From NCBI GenBank assembly GCA_964057225.1, contig OZ059900.1:22134001-22198000 (forward strand): DNA of 64,000 bases. Direction: 5' to 3'. How positions within the stretch are numbered: position 1 is the first letter of the stretch; every line of letters begins with the position of its first letter. Of this stretch, positions 27,701 through 40,993 are shown piece by piece. Position numbers and translations under genes: made by a program. Below the pieces are notes generated by a model. That model did no database searches. It saw nothing but the letters and a program-made list of their open reading frames with translations, and had not been told where the DNA came from. This DNA comes from Auanema rhodensis (taxonomy: Eukaryota > Animalia > Nematoda).

Positions 27701-30700
27701 CAGCATGTAAAATGCTTCATTTTAGTATGTAACACGCTGAAATTCGTTGCATTTGACGACTCATATGAACAAAAATCGATTTAATCAATATTAGCCATAA
27801 GGGGCGTGCCCTCAGAATATGCTAATTTCCTTAATTTTCTAACCCCTGTTTTTTTGTCGTGAAAGTGGAACTAGACGTTGTACGAACAATTTTGAGCTAG
27901 GTTTCATTGACATTGCATGAGTTTGAACACATGAAATCGTAAGTCAAAACCTTGTTTACAGCGAAATTTCCAAAAACTGGTTTTCCAGCATAATAAAATA
28001 TTTCTCATGGGAAATACTGTGTTTTTGTATTTTTCTAGTGTTCAGCATGTTAAATGCTTCATTTTAGTATGTAACACGCTGAAATTCGTTGCATTTGACG
28101 ACTCATATGAACAAAAATCGATTTAATCAATATTAGCCATAAGGGGCGTGCCCTCAGAATATGCTAATTTCCTTAATTTTCTAACCCCTGTTTTTTTGTC
28201 GTGAAAGTGGAACTAGACGTTGTACGAACAATTTTGAGCTAGGTTTCATTAACATTGCATGAGTTTGAACACATGAAATCGTAAGTCAAAACCTTGTTTA
28301 CAGCGAAATTTCCAAAAACTGGTTTTCCAGCATAATAAAATATTTCTCATGGGAAATACTGTGTTTTTGTATTTTTCTAGTGTTCAGCATGTAAAATGCT
28401 TCATTTTAGTATGTAACACGCTGAAATTCGTTGCATTTGACGACTCATATGAACAAAAATCGATTTAATCAATATTAGCCATAAGGGGCGTGCCCTCAGA
28501 ATATGCTAATTTCCTTAATTTTCTAACCCCTGTTTTTTTGTCGTGAAAGTGGAACTAGACGTTGTACGAACAATTTTGAGCTAGGTTTCATTGACATTGC
28601 ATGAGTTTGAACACATGAAATCGTAAGTCAAAACCTTGTTTACAGCGAAATTTCCAAAAACTGGTTTTCCAGCATAATAAAATATTTCTCATGGGAAATA
28701 CTGTGTTTTTGTATTTTTCTAGTGTTCAGCATGTAAAATGCTTCATTTTAGTATGTAACACGCCGAAATTCGTTGCATTTGACGACTCATATGAACAAAA
28801 ATCGATTTAATCAATATTAGCCATAAGGGGCGTGCCCTCAGAATATGCTAATTTCCTTAATTTTCTAACCCCTGTTTTTTTGTCGTGAAAGTGGAACTAG
28901 ACGTTGTACGAACAATTTTGAGCTAAGTTTCATTGACATTGCATGAGTTTGAACACATGAAATCGTAAGTCAAAACCTTGTTTACAGCGAAATTTCCAAA
29001 AACTGGTTTTCCAGCATAATAAAATATTTCTCATGGGAAATACTGTGTTTTTGTTTTTTTCTAGTGTTCAGCATGTAAAATGCTTCATTTTAGTATGTAA
29101 CACGCTGAAATTCGTTGCATTTGACGACTCATATGAACAAAAATCGATTTAATCAATATTAGCCATAAGGGGCGTGCCCTCAGAATATACTAATTTCCTT
29201 AATTTTCTAACCCCTGTTTTTTTGTCGTGAAAGTGGAACTAGACGTTGTACGAACAATTTTGAGCTAGGTTTCATTGACATTGCATGAGTTTGAACACAT
29301 GAAATCGTAAGTCAAAACCTTGTTTACAGCGAAATTTCCAAAAACTGGTTTTCCAGCATAATAAAATATTTCTCATGGGAAATACTGTGTTTTTGTATTT
29401 TTCTAGTGTTCAGCATGTAAAATGCTTCATTTTAGTATGTAACACGCTGAAATTCGTTGCATTTGACGACTCATATGAACAAAAATCGATTTAATCAATA
29501 TTAGCCATAAGGGGCGTGCCCTCAGAATATGCTAATTTCCTTAATTTTCTAACCCCTGTTTTTTTGTCGTGAAAGTGGAACTAGACGTTGTACAAACAAT
29601 TTTGAGCTAGGTTTCATTGACATTGCATGAGTTTGAACACATGAAATCGTAAGTCAAAACCTTGTTTACAGCGAAATTTCCAAAAACTGGTTTTCCAGCA
29701 TAATAAAATATTTCTCATGGGAAATACTGTGTTTTTGTATTTTTCTAGTGTTCAGCATGTAAAATGCTTCATTTTAGTATGTAACACGCTGAAATTCGTT
29801 GCATTTGACGACTCATATGAACAAAAATCGATTTAATCAATATTAGCCATAAGGGGCGTGCCCTCAGAATATACTAATTTCCTTAATTTTCTAACCCCTG
29901 TTTTTTTGTCGTGAAAGTGGAACTAGACGTTGTACGAACAATTTTGAGCTAGGTTTCATTGACATTGCATGAGTTTGAACACATGAAATCGTAAGTCAAA
30001 ACCTTGTTTACAGCGAAATTTCCAAAAACTGGTTTTCCAGCATAATAAAATATTTCTCATGGGAAATACTGTGTTTTTGTATTTTTCTAGTGTTCAGCAT
30101 GTAAAATGCTTCATTTTAGTATGTAACACGCTGAAATTCGTTGCATTTGACGACTCATATGAACCAAAATCGATTTAATCAATATTAGCCATAAGGGGCG
30201 TGCCCTCAGAATATGCTAATTTCCTTAATTTTCTAACCCTTGTTTTTTTGTCGTGAAAGTGGAACTAGACGTTGTACGATTAATTTTGAGCTAGGTTTCA
30301 TTGACATTGCATGAGTTTGAACACATGAAATCGTAAGTCAAAACCTTGTTTACAGCGAAATTTCCAAAAACTGGTTTTCCAGCATAATAAAATATTTCTC
30401 ATGGGAAATACTGTGTTTTTGTATTTTTCTAGTGTTCAGCATGTAAAATGCTTCATTTTAGTATGTAACACGCTGAAATTCGTTGCATTTGACGACTCAT
30501 ATGAACCAAAATCGATTTAATCAATATTAGCCATAAGGGGCGTGCCCTCAGAATATGCTAATTTCCTTAATTTTCTAACCCTTGTTTTTTTGTCGTGAAA
30601 GTGGAACTAGACGTTGTACGATTAATTTTGAGCTAGGTTTCATTGACATTGCATGAGTTTGAACACATGAAATCGTAAGTCAAAACCTTGTTTACAGCGA

Positions 30701-33700
30701 AATTTCCAAAAACTGGTTTTCCAGCATAATAAAATATTTCTCATGGGAAATACTGTGTTTTTGTATTTTTCTAGTGTTCAGCATGTAAAATGCTTCATTT
30801 TAGTATGTAACACGCTGAAATTCGTTGCATTTGACGACTCATATGAACAAAAATCGATTTAATCAATATTAGCCATAAGGGGCGTGCCCTCAGAATATGC
30901 TAATTTCCTTAATTTTCTAACCCCTGTTTTTTTGTCGTGAAAGTGGAACTAGACGTTGTACGAACAATTTTGAGCTAAGTTTCATTGACATTGCATGAGT
31001 TTGAACACATGAAATCGTAAGTCAAAACCTTGTTTACAGCGAAATTTCCAAAAACTGGTTTTCCAGCATAATAAAATATTTCTCATGGGAAATACTGTGT
31101 TTTTGTTTTTTTCTAGTGTTCAGCATGTAAAATGCTTCATTTTAGTATGTAACATGCAGAAATTCGTTGCATTTGACGACTCATATGAACAAAAATCGAT
31201 TTAATCAATATTAGCCATAAGGGGCGTGCCCTCAGAATATGCTAATTTCCTTAATTTTCTAACCCCTGTTTTTTTGTCGTGAAAGTGGAACTAGACGTTG
31301 TACGAACAATTTTGAGCTAGGTTTCATTGACATTGCATGAGTTTGAACACATGAAATCGTAAGTCAAAACCTTGTTTACAGCGAAATTTCCAAAAACTGG
31401 TTTTCCAGCATAATAAAATATTTCTCATGGGAAATACTGTGTTTTTGTTTTTTTCTAGTGTTCAGCATGTAAAATGCTTCATTTTAGTATGTAACACGCT
31501 GAAATTCGTTGCATTTGACGACTCATATGAACAAAAATCGATTTAATCAATATTAGCCATAAGGGGCGTGCCCTCAGAATATGCTAATTTCCTTAATTTT
31601 CTAACCCCTGTTTTTTTGTCGTGAAAGTGAAACTAGACGTTGTACGAACAAATTTGAGCTAGGTTTCATTGACATTGCATGAGTTTGAACACATGAAATC
31701 GTAAGTCAAAACCTTGTTTACAGCGAAATTTCCAAAAACTGGTTTTCCAGCATAATAAAATATTTCTCATGGGAAATACTGTGTTTTTGTATTTTTCTAG
31801 TGTTCAGCATGTAAAATGTTTCATTTTAGTATGTAACACGCTGAAATTCGTTGCATTTGACGACTCATATGAACAAAAATCGATTTAATCAATATTAGCC
31901 ATAAGGGGCGTGCCCTCAGAATATGCTAATTTCCTTAATTTTCTAACCCTTGTTTTTTTGTCGTGAAAGTGGAACTAGACGTTGTACGAACAATTTTGAG
32001 CTAGGTTTCATTGACATTGCATGAGTTTGAACACATGAAATCGTAAGTCAAAACCTTGTTTACAGCGAAATTTCCAAAAACTGGTTTTCCAGCATAATAA
32101 AATATTTCTCATGGGAAATACTGTATTTTTGTATTTTTCTAGTGTTCAGCATGTAAAATGCTTCATTTTAGTATGTAACACGCTGAAATTCGTTGCATTT
32201 GACGACTCATATGAACAAAAATCGATTTAATCAATATTAGCCATAAGGGGCGTGCCCTCAGAATATGCTAATTTCCTTAATTTTCTAACCCCTGTTTTTT
32301 TGTCGTGAAAGTGGAACTAGGCGTTGTACGAACAATTTTGAGCTAGGTTTCATTGACATTGCATGAGTTTGAACACATGAAATCGTAAGTCAAAACCTTG
32401 TTTACAGCGAAATTTCCAAAAACTGGTTTTCCAGCATAATAAAATATTTCTCATGGGAAATACTGTGTTTTTGTATTTTTCTAGTGTTCAGCATGTAAAA
32501 TGCTTCATTTTAGTATGTAACACGCTGAAATTCGTTGCATTTGACGACTCATATGAACAAAAATCGATTTAATCAATATTAGCCATAAGGGGCGTGCCCT
32601 CAGAATATGCTAATTTCCTTAATTTTCTAACCCCTGTTTTTTTGTCGTGAAAGTGGAACTAGACGTTGTACGAACAATTTTGAGCTAGGTTTCATTGACA
32701 TTGCATGAGTTTGAACACATGAAATCGTAAGTCAAAACCTTGTTTACAGCGAAATTTCCAAAAACTGGTTTTCCAGCATAATAAAATATTTCTCATGGGA
32801 AATACTGTGTTTTTGTATTTTTCTAGTGTTCAGCATGTTAAATGCTTCATTTTAGTATGTAACACGCTGAAATTCGTTGCATTTGACGACTCATATGAAC
32901 AAAAATCGATTTAATCAATATTAGCCATAAGGGGCGTGCCCTCAGAATATGCTAATTTCCTTAATTTTCTAACCCCTGTTTTTTTGTCGTGAAAGTGGAA
33001 CTAGACGTTGTACGAACAATTTTGAGCTAGGTTTCATTAACATTGCATGAGTTTGAACACATGAAATCGTAAGTCAAAACCTTGTTTACAGCGAAATTTC
33101 CAAAAACTGGTTTTCCAGCATAATAAAATATTTCTCATGGGAAATACTGTGTTTTTGTATTTTTCTAGTGTTCAGCATGTAAAATGCTTCATTTTAGTAT
33201 GTAACACGCTGAAATTCGTTGCATTTGACGACTCATATGAACAAAAATCGATTTAATCAATATTAGCCATAAGGGGCGTGCCCTCAGAATATGCTAATTT
33301 CCTTAATTTTCTAACCCCTGTTTTTTTGTCGTGAAAGTGGAACTAGACGTTGTACGAACAATTTTGAGCTAGGTTTCATTGACATTGCATGAGTTTGAAC
33401 ACATGAAATCGTAAGTCAAAACCTTGTTTACAGCGAAATTTCCAAAAACTGGTTTTCCAGCATAATAAAATATTTCTCATGGGAAATACTGTGTTTTTGT
33501 ATTTTTCTAGTCTTCAGCATGTAAAATGCTTCATTTTAGTATGTAACACGCTGAAATTCGTTGCATTTGACGACTCATATGAACAAAAATCGATTTAATC
33601 AATATTAGCCATAAGGGGCGTGCCCTCAGAATATGCTAATTTCCTTAATTTTCTAACCCCTGTTTTTTTGTCGTGAAAGTGGAACTAGACGTTGTACGAA

Positions 33701-36700
33701 CAATTTTGAGCTAAGTTTCATTGACATTGCATGAGTTTGAACACATGAAATCGTAAGTCAAAACCTTGTTTACAGCGAAATTTCCAAAAACTGGTTTTCC
33801 AGCATAATAAAATATTTCTCATGGGAAATACTGTGTTTTTGTTTTTTTCTAGTGTTCAGCATGTAAAATGCTTCATTTTAGTATGTAACACGCTGAAATT
33901 CGTTGCATTTGACGACTCATATGAACAAAAATCGATTTAATCAATATTAGCCATAAGGGGCGTGCCCTCAGAATATACTAATTTCCTTAATTTTCTAACC
34001 TCTGTTTTTTTGTCGTGAAAGTGGAACTAGACGTTGTACGAACAATTTTGAGCTAGGTTTCATTGACATTGCATGAGTTTGAACACATGAAATCGTAAGT
34101 CAAAACCTTGTTTACAGCGAAATTTCCAAAAACTGGTTTTCCAGCATAATAAAATATTTCTCATGGGAAATACTGTGTTTTTGTATTTTTCTAGTGTTCA
34201 GCATGTAAAATGCTTCATTTTAGTATGTAACACGCTGAAATTCGTTGCATTTGACGACTCATATGAACCAAAATCGATTTAATCAATATTAGCCATAAGG
34301 GGCGTGCCCTCAGAATATGCTAATTTCCTTAATTTTCTAACCCTTGTTTTTTTGTCGTGAAAGTGGAACTAGACGTTGTACGAACAATTTTGAGCTAGGT
34401 TTCATTGACATTGCATGAGTTTGAACACATGAAATCGTAAGTCAAAACCTTGTTTACAGCGAAATTTCCAAAAACTGGTTTTCCAGCATAATAAAATATT
34501 TCTCATGGGAAATACTGTGTTTTTGTATTTTTCTAGTGTTCAGCATGTAAAATGCTTCATTTTAGTATGTAACACGCTGAAATTCGTTGCATTTGACGAC
34601 TCATATGAACAAAAATCGATTTAATCAATATTAGCCATAAGGGGCGTGCCCTCAGAATATGCTAATTTCCTTAATTTTCTAACCCCTGTTTTTTTGTCGT
34701 GAAAGTGGAACTAGACGTTGTACAAACAATTTTGAGCTAGGTTTCATTGACATTGCATGAGTTTGAACACATGAAATCGTAAGTCAAAACCTTGTTTACA
34801 GCGAAATTTCCAAAAACTGGTTTTCCAGCATAATAAAATATTTCTCATGGGAAATACTGTGTTTTTGTATTTTTCTAGTGTTCAGCATGTAAAATGCTTC
34901 ATTTTAGTATGTAACACGCTGAAATTCGTTGCATTTGACGACTCATATGAACAAAAATCGATTTAATCAATATTAGCCATAAGGGGCGTGCCCTCAGAAT
35001 ATGCTAATTTCCTTAATTTTCTAACCCCTGTTTTTTTGTCGTGAAAGTGGAACTAGACGTTGTACAAACAATTTTGAGCTAGGTTTCATTGACATTGCAT
35101 GAGTTTGAACACATGAAATCGTAAGTCAAAACCTTGTTTACAGCGAAATTTCCAAAAACTGGTTTTCCAGCATAATAAAATATTTCTCATGGGAAATACT
35201 GTGTTTTTGTATTTTTCTAGTGTTCAGCATGTAAAATGCTTCATTTTAGTATGTAACACGCTGAAATTCGTTGCATTTGACGACTCATATGAACAAAAAT
35301 CGATTTAATCAATATTAGCCATAAGGGGCGTGCCCTCAGAATATACTAATTTCCTTAATTTTCTAACCCCTGTTTTTTTGTCGTGAAAGTGGAACTAGAC
35401 GTTGTACGAACAATTTTGAGCTAGGTTTCATTGACATTGCATGAGTTTGAACACATGAAATCGTAAGTCAAAACCTTGTTTACAGCGAAATTTCCAAAAA
35501 CTGGTTTTCCAGCATAATAAAATATTTCTCATGGGAAATACTGTGTTTTTGTATTTTTCTAGTGTTCAGCATGTAAAATGCTTCATTTTAGTATGTAACA
35601 CGCTGAAATTCGTTGCATTTGACGACTCATATGAACCAAAATCGATTTAATCAATATTAGCCATAAGGGGCGTGCCCTCAGAATATGCTAATTTCCTTAA
35701 TTTTCTAACCCTTGTTTTTTTGTCGTGAAAGTGGAACTAGACGTTGTACGATTAATTTTGAGCTAGGTTTCATTGACATTGCATGAGTTTGAACACATGA
35801 AATCGTAAGTCAAAACCTTGTTTACAGCGAAATTTCCAAAAACTGGTTTTCCAGCATAATAAAATATTTCTCATGGGAAATACTGTGTTTTTGTATTTTT
35901 CTAGTGTTCAGCATGTAAAATGCTTCATTTTAGTATGTAACACGCTGAAATTCGTTGCATTTGACGACTCATATGAACAAAAATCGATTTAATCAATATT
36001 AGCCATAAGGGGCGTGCCCTCAGAATATGCTAATTTCCTTAATTTTCTAACCCCTGTTTTTTTGTCGTGAAAGTGGAACTAGACGTTGTACGAACAATTT
36101 TGAGCTAAGTTTCATTGACATTGCATGAGTTTGAACACATGAAATCGTAAGTCAAAACCTTGTTTACAGCGAAATTTCCAAAAACTGGTTTTCCAGCATA
36201 ATAAAATATTTCTCATGGGAAATACTGTGTTTTTGTATTTTTCTAGTGTTCAGCATGTAAAATGCTTCATTTTAGTATGTAACACGCTGAAATTCGTTGC
36301 ATTTGACGACTCATATGAACCAAAATCGATTTAATCAATATTAGCCATAAGGGGCGTGCCCTCAGAATATGCTAATTTCCTTAATTTTCTAACCCTTGTT
36401 TTTTTGTCGTGAAAGTGGAACTAGACGTTGTACGATTAATTTTGAGCTAGGTTTCATTGACATTGCATGAGTTTGAACACATGAAATCGTAAGTCAAAAC
36501 CTTGTTTACAGCGAAATTTCCAAAAACTGGTTTTCCAGCATAATAAAATATTTCTCATGGGAAATACTGTGTTTTTGTATTTTTCTAGTGTTCAGCATGT
36601 AAAATGCTTCATTTTAGTATGTAACACGCTGAAATTCGTTGCATTTGACGACTCATATGAACAAAAATCGATTTAATCAATATTAGCCATAAGGGGCGTG

Positions 36701-37281
36701 CCCTCAGAATATGCTAATTTCCTTAATTTTCTAACCCCTGTTTTTTTGTCGTGAAAGTGGAACTAGACGTTGTACGAACAATTTTGAGCTAAGTTTCATT
36801 GACATTGCATGAGTTTGAACACATGAAATCGTAAGTCAAAACCTTGTTTACAGCGAAATTTCCAAAAACTGGTTTTCCAGCATAATAAAATATTTCTCAT
36901 GGGAAATACTGTGTTTTTGTTTTTTTCTAGTGTTCAGCATGTAAAATGCTTCATTTTAGTATGTAACATGCAGAAATTCGTTGCATTTGACGACTCATAT
37001 GAACAAAAATCGATTTAATCAATATTAGCCATAAGGGGCGTGCCCTCAGAATATGCTAATTTCCTTAATTTTCTAACCCCTGTTTTTTTGTCGTGAAAGT
37101 GGAACTAGACGTTGTACGAACAATTTTGAGCTAGGTTTCATTGACATTGCATGAGTTTGAACACATGAAATCGTAAGTCAAAACCTTGTTTACAGCGAAA
37201 TTTCCAAAAACTGGTTTTCCAGCATAATAAAATATTTCTCATGGGAAATACTGTGTTTTTGTATTTTTCTAGTGTTCAGCA
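15736..37281. repeat. Satellite haplotype domain 2 (monomers 47-109), close to consensus, with an irregularly repeated short cassette
   Basis: Diagnostic variants are ACCCTTG, GTGAAACT+ACAAATTT, TGTTAAATG, CATTAACATT, GAACCAAAA, TACGATTAA, CTGTATTT and TTTGTCAT. There are no indels across about 21 kb. Confidence 0.8.
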
Positions 37282-40200
37282 TGTAAAATGCTTCATTTTA
37301 GTATGTAACACGCTGAAATTCGTTGCATTTGACGACTCATATGAACAAAAATCGATTTAATCAATATTAGCTATAAGGGGCGTGCCCTCAGAATATGCTA
37401 ATTTCCTTAATTTTCTAACCCCTGTTTTTTTGTCGTGAAAGTGGAACTAGACGTTGTACGAACAATTTTGAGCTAAGTTTCATTGACATTGCATGAGTTT
37501 GAACACATGAAATCGTAAGTCAAAACCTTGTTTACAGCGAAATTTCCAAAAACTGGTTTTCCAGCATAATAAAATATTTCTCATGGGAAATACTGTGTTT
37601 TTGTATTCTTCTAGTGTTCAGCATGTAAAATGCTTCATTTTAGTATGTAACACGCTGAAATTCGTTGCATTTGACGACTCATATGAACAAAAATCGATTT
37701 AATCAATATTAGCCATAAGGGGCGTGCCCTCAGAATATGCTAATTTCCTTAATTTTCTAACCCCTGTTTTTTGTCGTGAAAGTGGAACTAGACGTTGTAC
37801 GAACAATTTTGAGCTAGGTTTCATTGACATTGCATGAGTTTGAACACATGAAATCGTAAGTCAAAACCTTGTTTACAGCGAAATTTCCAAAAACTGGTTT
37901 TCCAGCATAATAAAATATTTCTCATGGGAAATACTGTGTTTTTGTTTTTTTCTAGTGTTCAGCATGTAAAATGCTTCATTTTAGTATGTAACACGCTGAA
38001 ATTCGTTGCATTTGACGACTCATATGAACAAAAATCGATTTAATCAATATTAGCCATAAGGGGCGTGCCCTCAGAATATGCTAATTTCCTTAATTTTCTA
38101 ACCCCTGTTTTTTTGTCGTGAAAGTGGAACTAGACGTTGTACGAACAATTTTGAGCTAGGTTTCATTGACATTGCATGAGTTTGAACACATGAAATCGTA
38201 AGTCAAAACCTTGTTTACAGCGAAATTTCCAAAAACTGGTTTTCCAGCATAATAAAATATTTCTCATGGGAAATACTGTGTTTTTGTATTTTTCTAGTGT
38301 TCAGCATGTAAAATGCTTCATTTTAGTATGTAACACGCTGAAATTCGTTGCATTTGACGACTCATATGAACAAAAATCGATTTAATCAATATTAGCCATA
38401 AGGGGCGTGCCCTCAGAATATGCTAATTTCCTTAATTTTCTAACCCCTGTTTTTTTGTCGTGAAAGTGGAACTAGACGTTGTACGAACAATTTTGAGCTA
38501 GGTTTCATTGACATTGCATGAGTTTGAACACATGAAATCGTAAGTCAAAACCTTGTTTACAGCGAAATTTCCAAAAACTGGTTTTCCAGCATAATAAAAT
38601 ATTTCTCATGGGAAATACTGTGTTTTTGTATTCTTCTAGTGTTCAGCATGTAAAATGCTTCATTTTAGTATGTAACACGCTGAAATTCGTTGCATTTGAC
38701 GACTCATATGAACAAAAATCGATTTAATCAATATTAGCCATAAGGGGCGTGCCCTCAGAATATGCTAATTTCCTTAATTTTCTAACCCCTGTTTTTTTGT
38801 CGTGAAAGTGGAACTAGACGTTGTACGAACAATTTTGAGCTAGGTTTCAATGACATTGCATGAGTTTGAACACATGAAATCGTAAGTCAAAACCTTGTTT
38901 ACAGCGAAATTTCCAAAAACTGGTTTTCCAGCATAATAAAATATTTCTCATGGGAAATACTGTGTTTTTGTATTCTTCTAGTGTTCAGCATGTAAAATGC
39001 TTCATTTTAGTATGTAACACGCTGAAATTCGTTGCATTTGACGACTCATATGAACAAAAATCGATTTAATCAATATTAGCCATAAGGGGCGTGCCCTCAG
39101 AATATGCTAATTTCCTTAATTTTCTAACCCCTGTTTTTTTGTCGTGAAAGTGGAACTAGACGTTGTACGAACATTTTTGAGCTAGGTTTCATTGACATTG
39201 CATGAGTTTGAACACATGAAATCGTAAGTCAAAACCTTGTTTACAGCGAAATTTCCAAAAACTGGTTTTCCAGCATAATAAAATATTTCTCATGGGAAAT
39301 ACTGTGTTTTTGTATTTTTCTAGTGTTCAGCATGTAAAATACTTCATTTTAGTATGTAACACGCTGAAATTCGTTGCATTTGACGACTCATATGAACAAA
39401 AATCGATTTAATCAATATTAGCCATAAGGGGCGTGCCCTCAGAATATGCTAATTTCCTTAATTTTCTAACCCCTGTTTTTTTGTCGTGAAAGTGGAACTA
39501 GACGTTGTACGAACAATTTTGAGCTAGGTTTCATTGACATTGCATGAGTTTGAACACATGAAATCGTAAGTCAAAACCTTGTTTACAGCGAAATTTCCAA
39601 AAACTGGTTTTCCAGCATAATAAAATATTTCTCATGGGAAATACTGTGTTTTTGTATTTTTCTAGTGTTCAGCATGTAAAATGGTTCATTTTAGTATGTA
39701 ACACGCTGAAATTCGTTGCATTTGACGACTCATATGAACAAAAATCGATTTAATCAATATTAGCCATAAGGGGCGTGCCCTCAGAATATGCTAATTTCCT
39801 TAATTTTCTAACCCCTGTTTTTTTGTCGTGAAAGTGGAACTAGACGTTGTACGAACAATTTTGAGCTAGGTTTCATTGACATTGCATGAGTTTGAACACA
39901 TGAAATCGTAAGTCAAAACCTTGTTTACAGCGAAATTTCCAAAAACTGGTTTTCCAGCATAATAAAATATTTCTCATGGGAAATACTGTGTTTTTGTATT
40001 TTTCTAGTGTTCAGCATGTAAAATGCTTCATTTTAGTATGTAACACGCTGAAATTCGTTGCATTTGACGACTCATATGAACAAAAATCGATTTAATCAAT
40101 ATTAGCCATAAGGGGCGTGCCCTCAGAATATGCTAATTTCCTTAATTTTCTGACCCCTGTTTTTTTGTCGTGAAAGTGGAACTAGACGTTGTACGAACAA

Positions 40201-40993
40201 TTTTGAGCTAGGTTTCATTGACATTGCATGAGTTTGAACACATGAAATCGTAAGTCAAAACCTTGTTTACAGCGAAATTTCCAAAAACTGGTTTTCCAGC
40301 ATAATAAAATATTTCTCATGGGAAATACTGTGTTTTTGTATTTTTCTAGTGTTCAGCATGTAAAATGCTTCATTTTAGTATGTAACACGCTGAAATTAGT
40401 TGCATTTGACGACTCATATGAACAAAAATCGATTTAATCAATATTAGCCATAAGGGGCGTGCCCTCAGAATATGCTAATTTCCTTAATTTTCTAACCCCT
40501 GTTTTTTTGTCGTGAAAGTGGAACTAGACGTTGTACGAACAATTTTGAGCTAGGTTTCATTGACATTGCATGAGTTTGAACACATGAAATCGTAAGTCAA
40601 AACCTTGTTTACAGCGAAATTTCCAAAAACTGGTTTTCCAGCATAATAAAATATTTCTCATGGGAAATACTGTGTTTTTGTATTTTTCTAGTGTTCAGCA
40701 TGTAAAATGCTTCATTTTAGTATGTAACACGCTGAAATTCGTTGCATTTGACGACTCATATGAACAAAAATCGATTTAATCAATATTAGCCATAAGGGGC
40801 GTGCCCTCAGAATATGCTAATTTCCTTAATTTTCTAACCCCTGTTTTTTTGTCGTGAAAGTGGAACTAGACGTTGTACGAACAATTTTGAGCTAGGTTTC
40901 ATTGACATTGCATGAGTTTGAACACATGAAATCGTAAGTCAAAACCTTGTTTACAGCGAAATTTCCAAAAACTGGTTTTCCAGCATAATAAAA
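37282..40993. repeat. Transition zone of near-consensus monomers with mostly rare variants
   Basis: Carries TATTCTT (3 copies), a T6 deletion at 37767-37772, and singletons CAATGAC, ACATTTTT and ATGGTTC. Domain-2 markers stop here and the main domain-3 markers have not yet begun. Confidence 0.65.
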
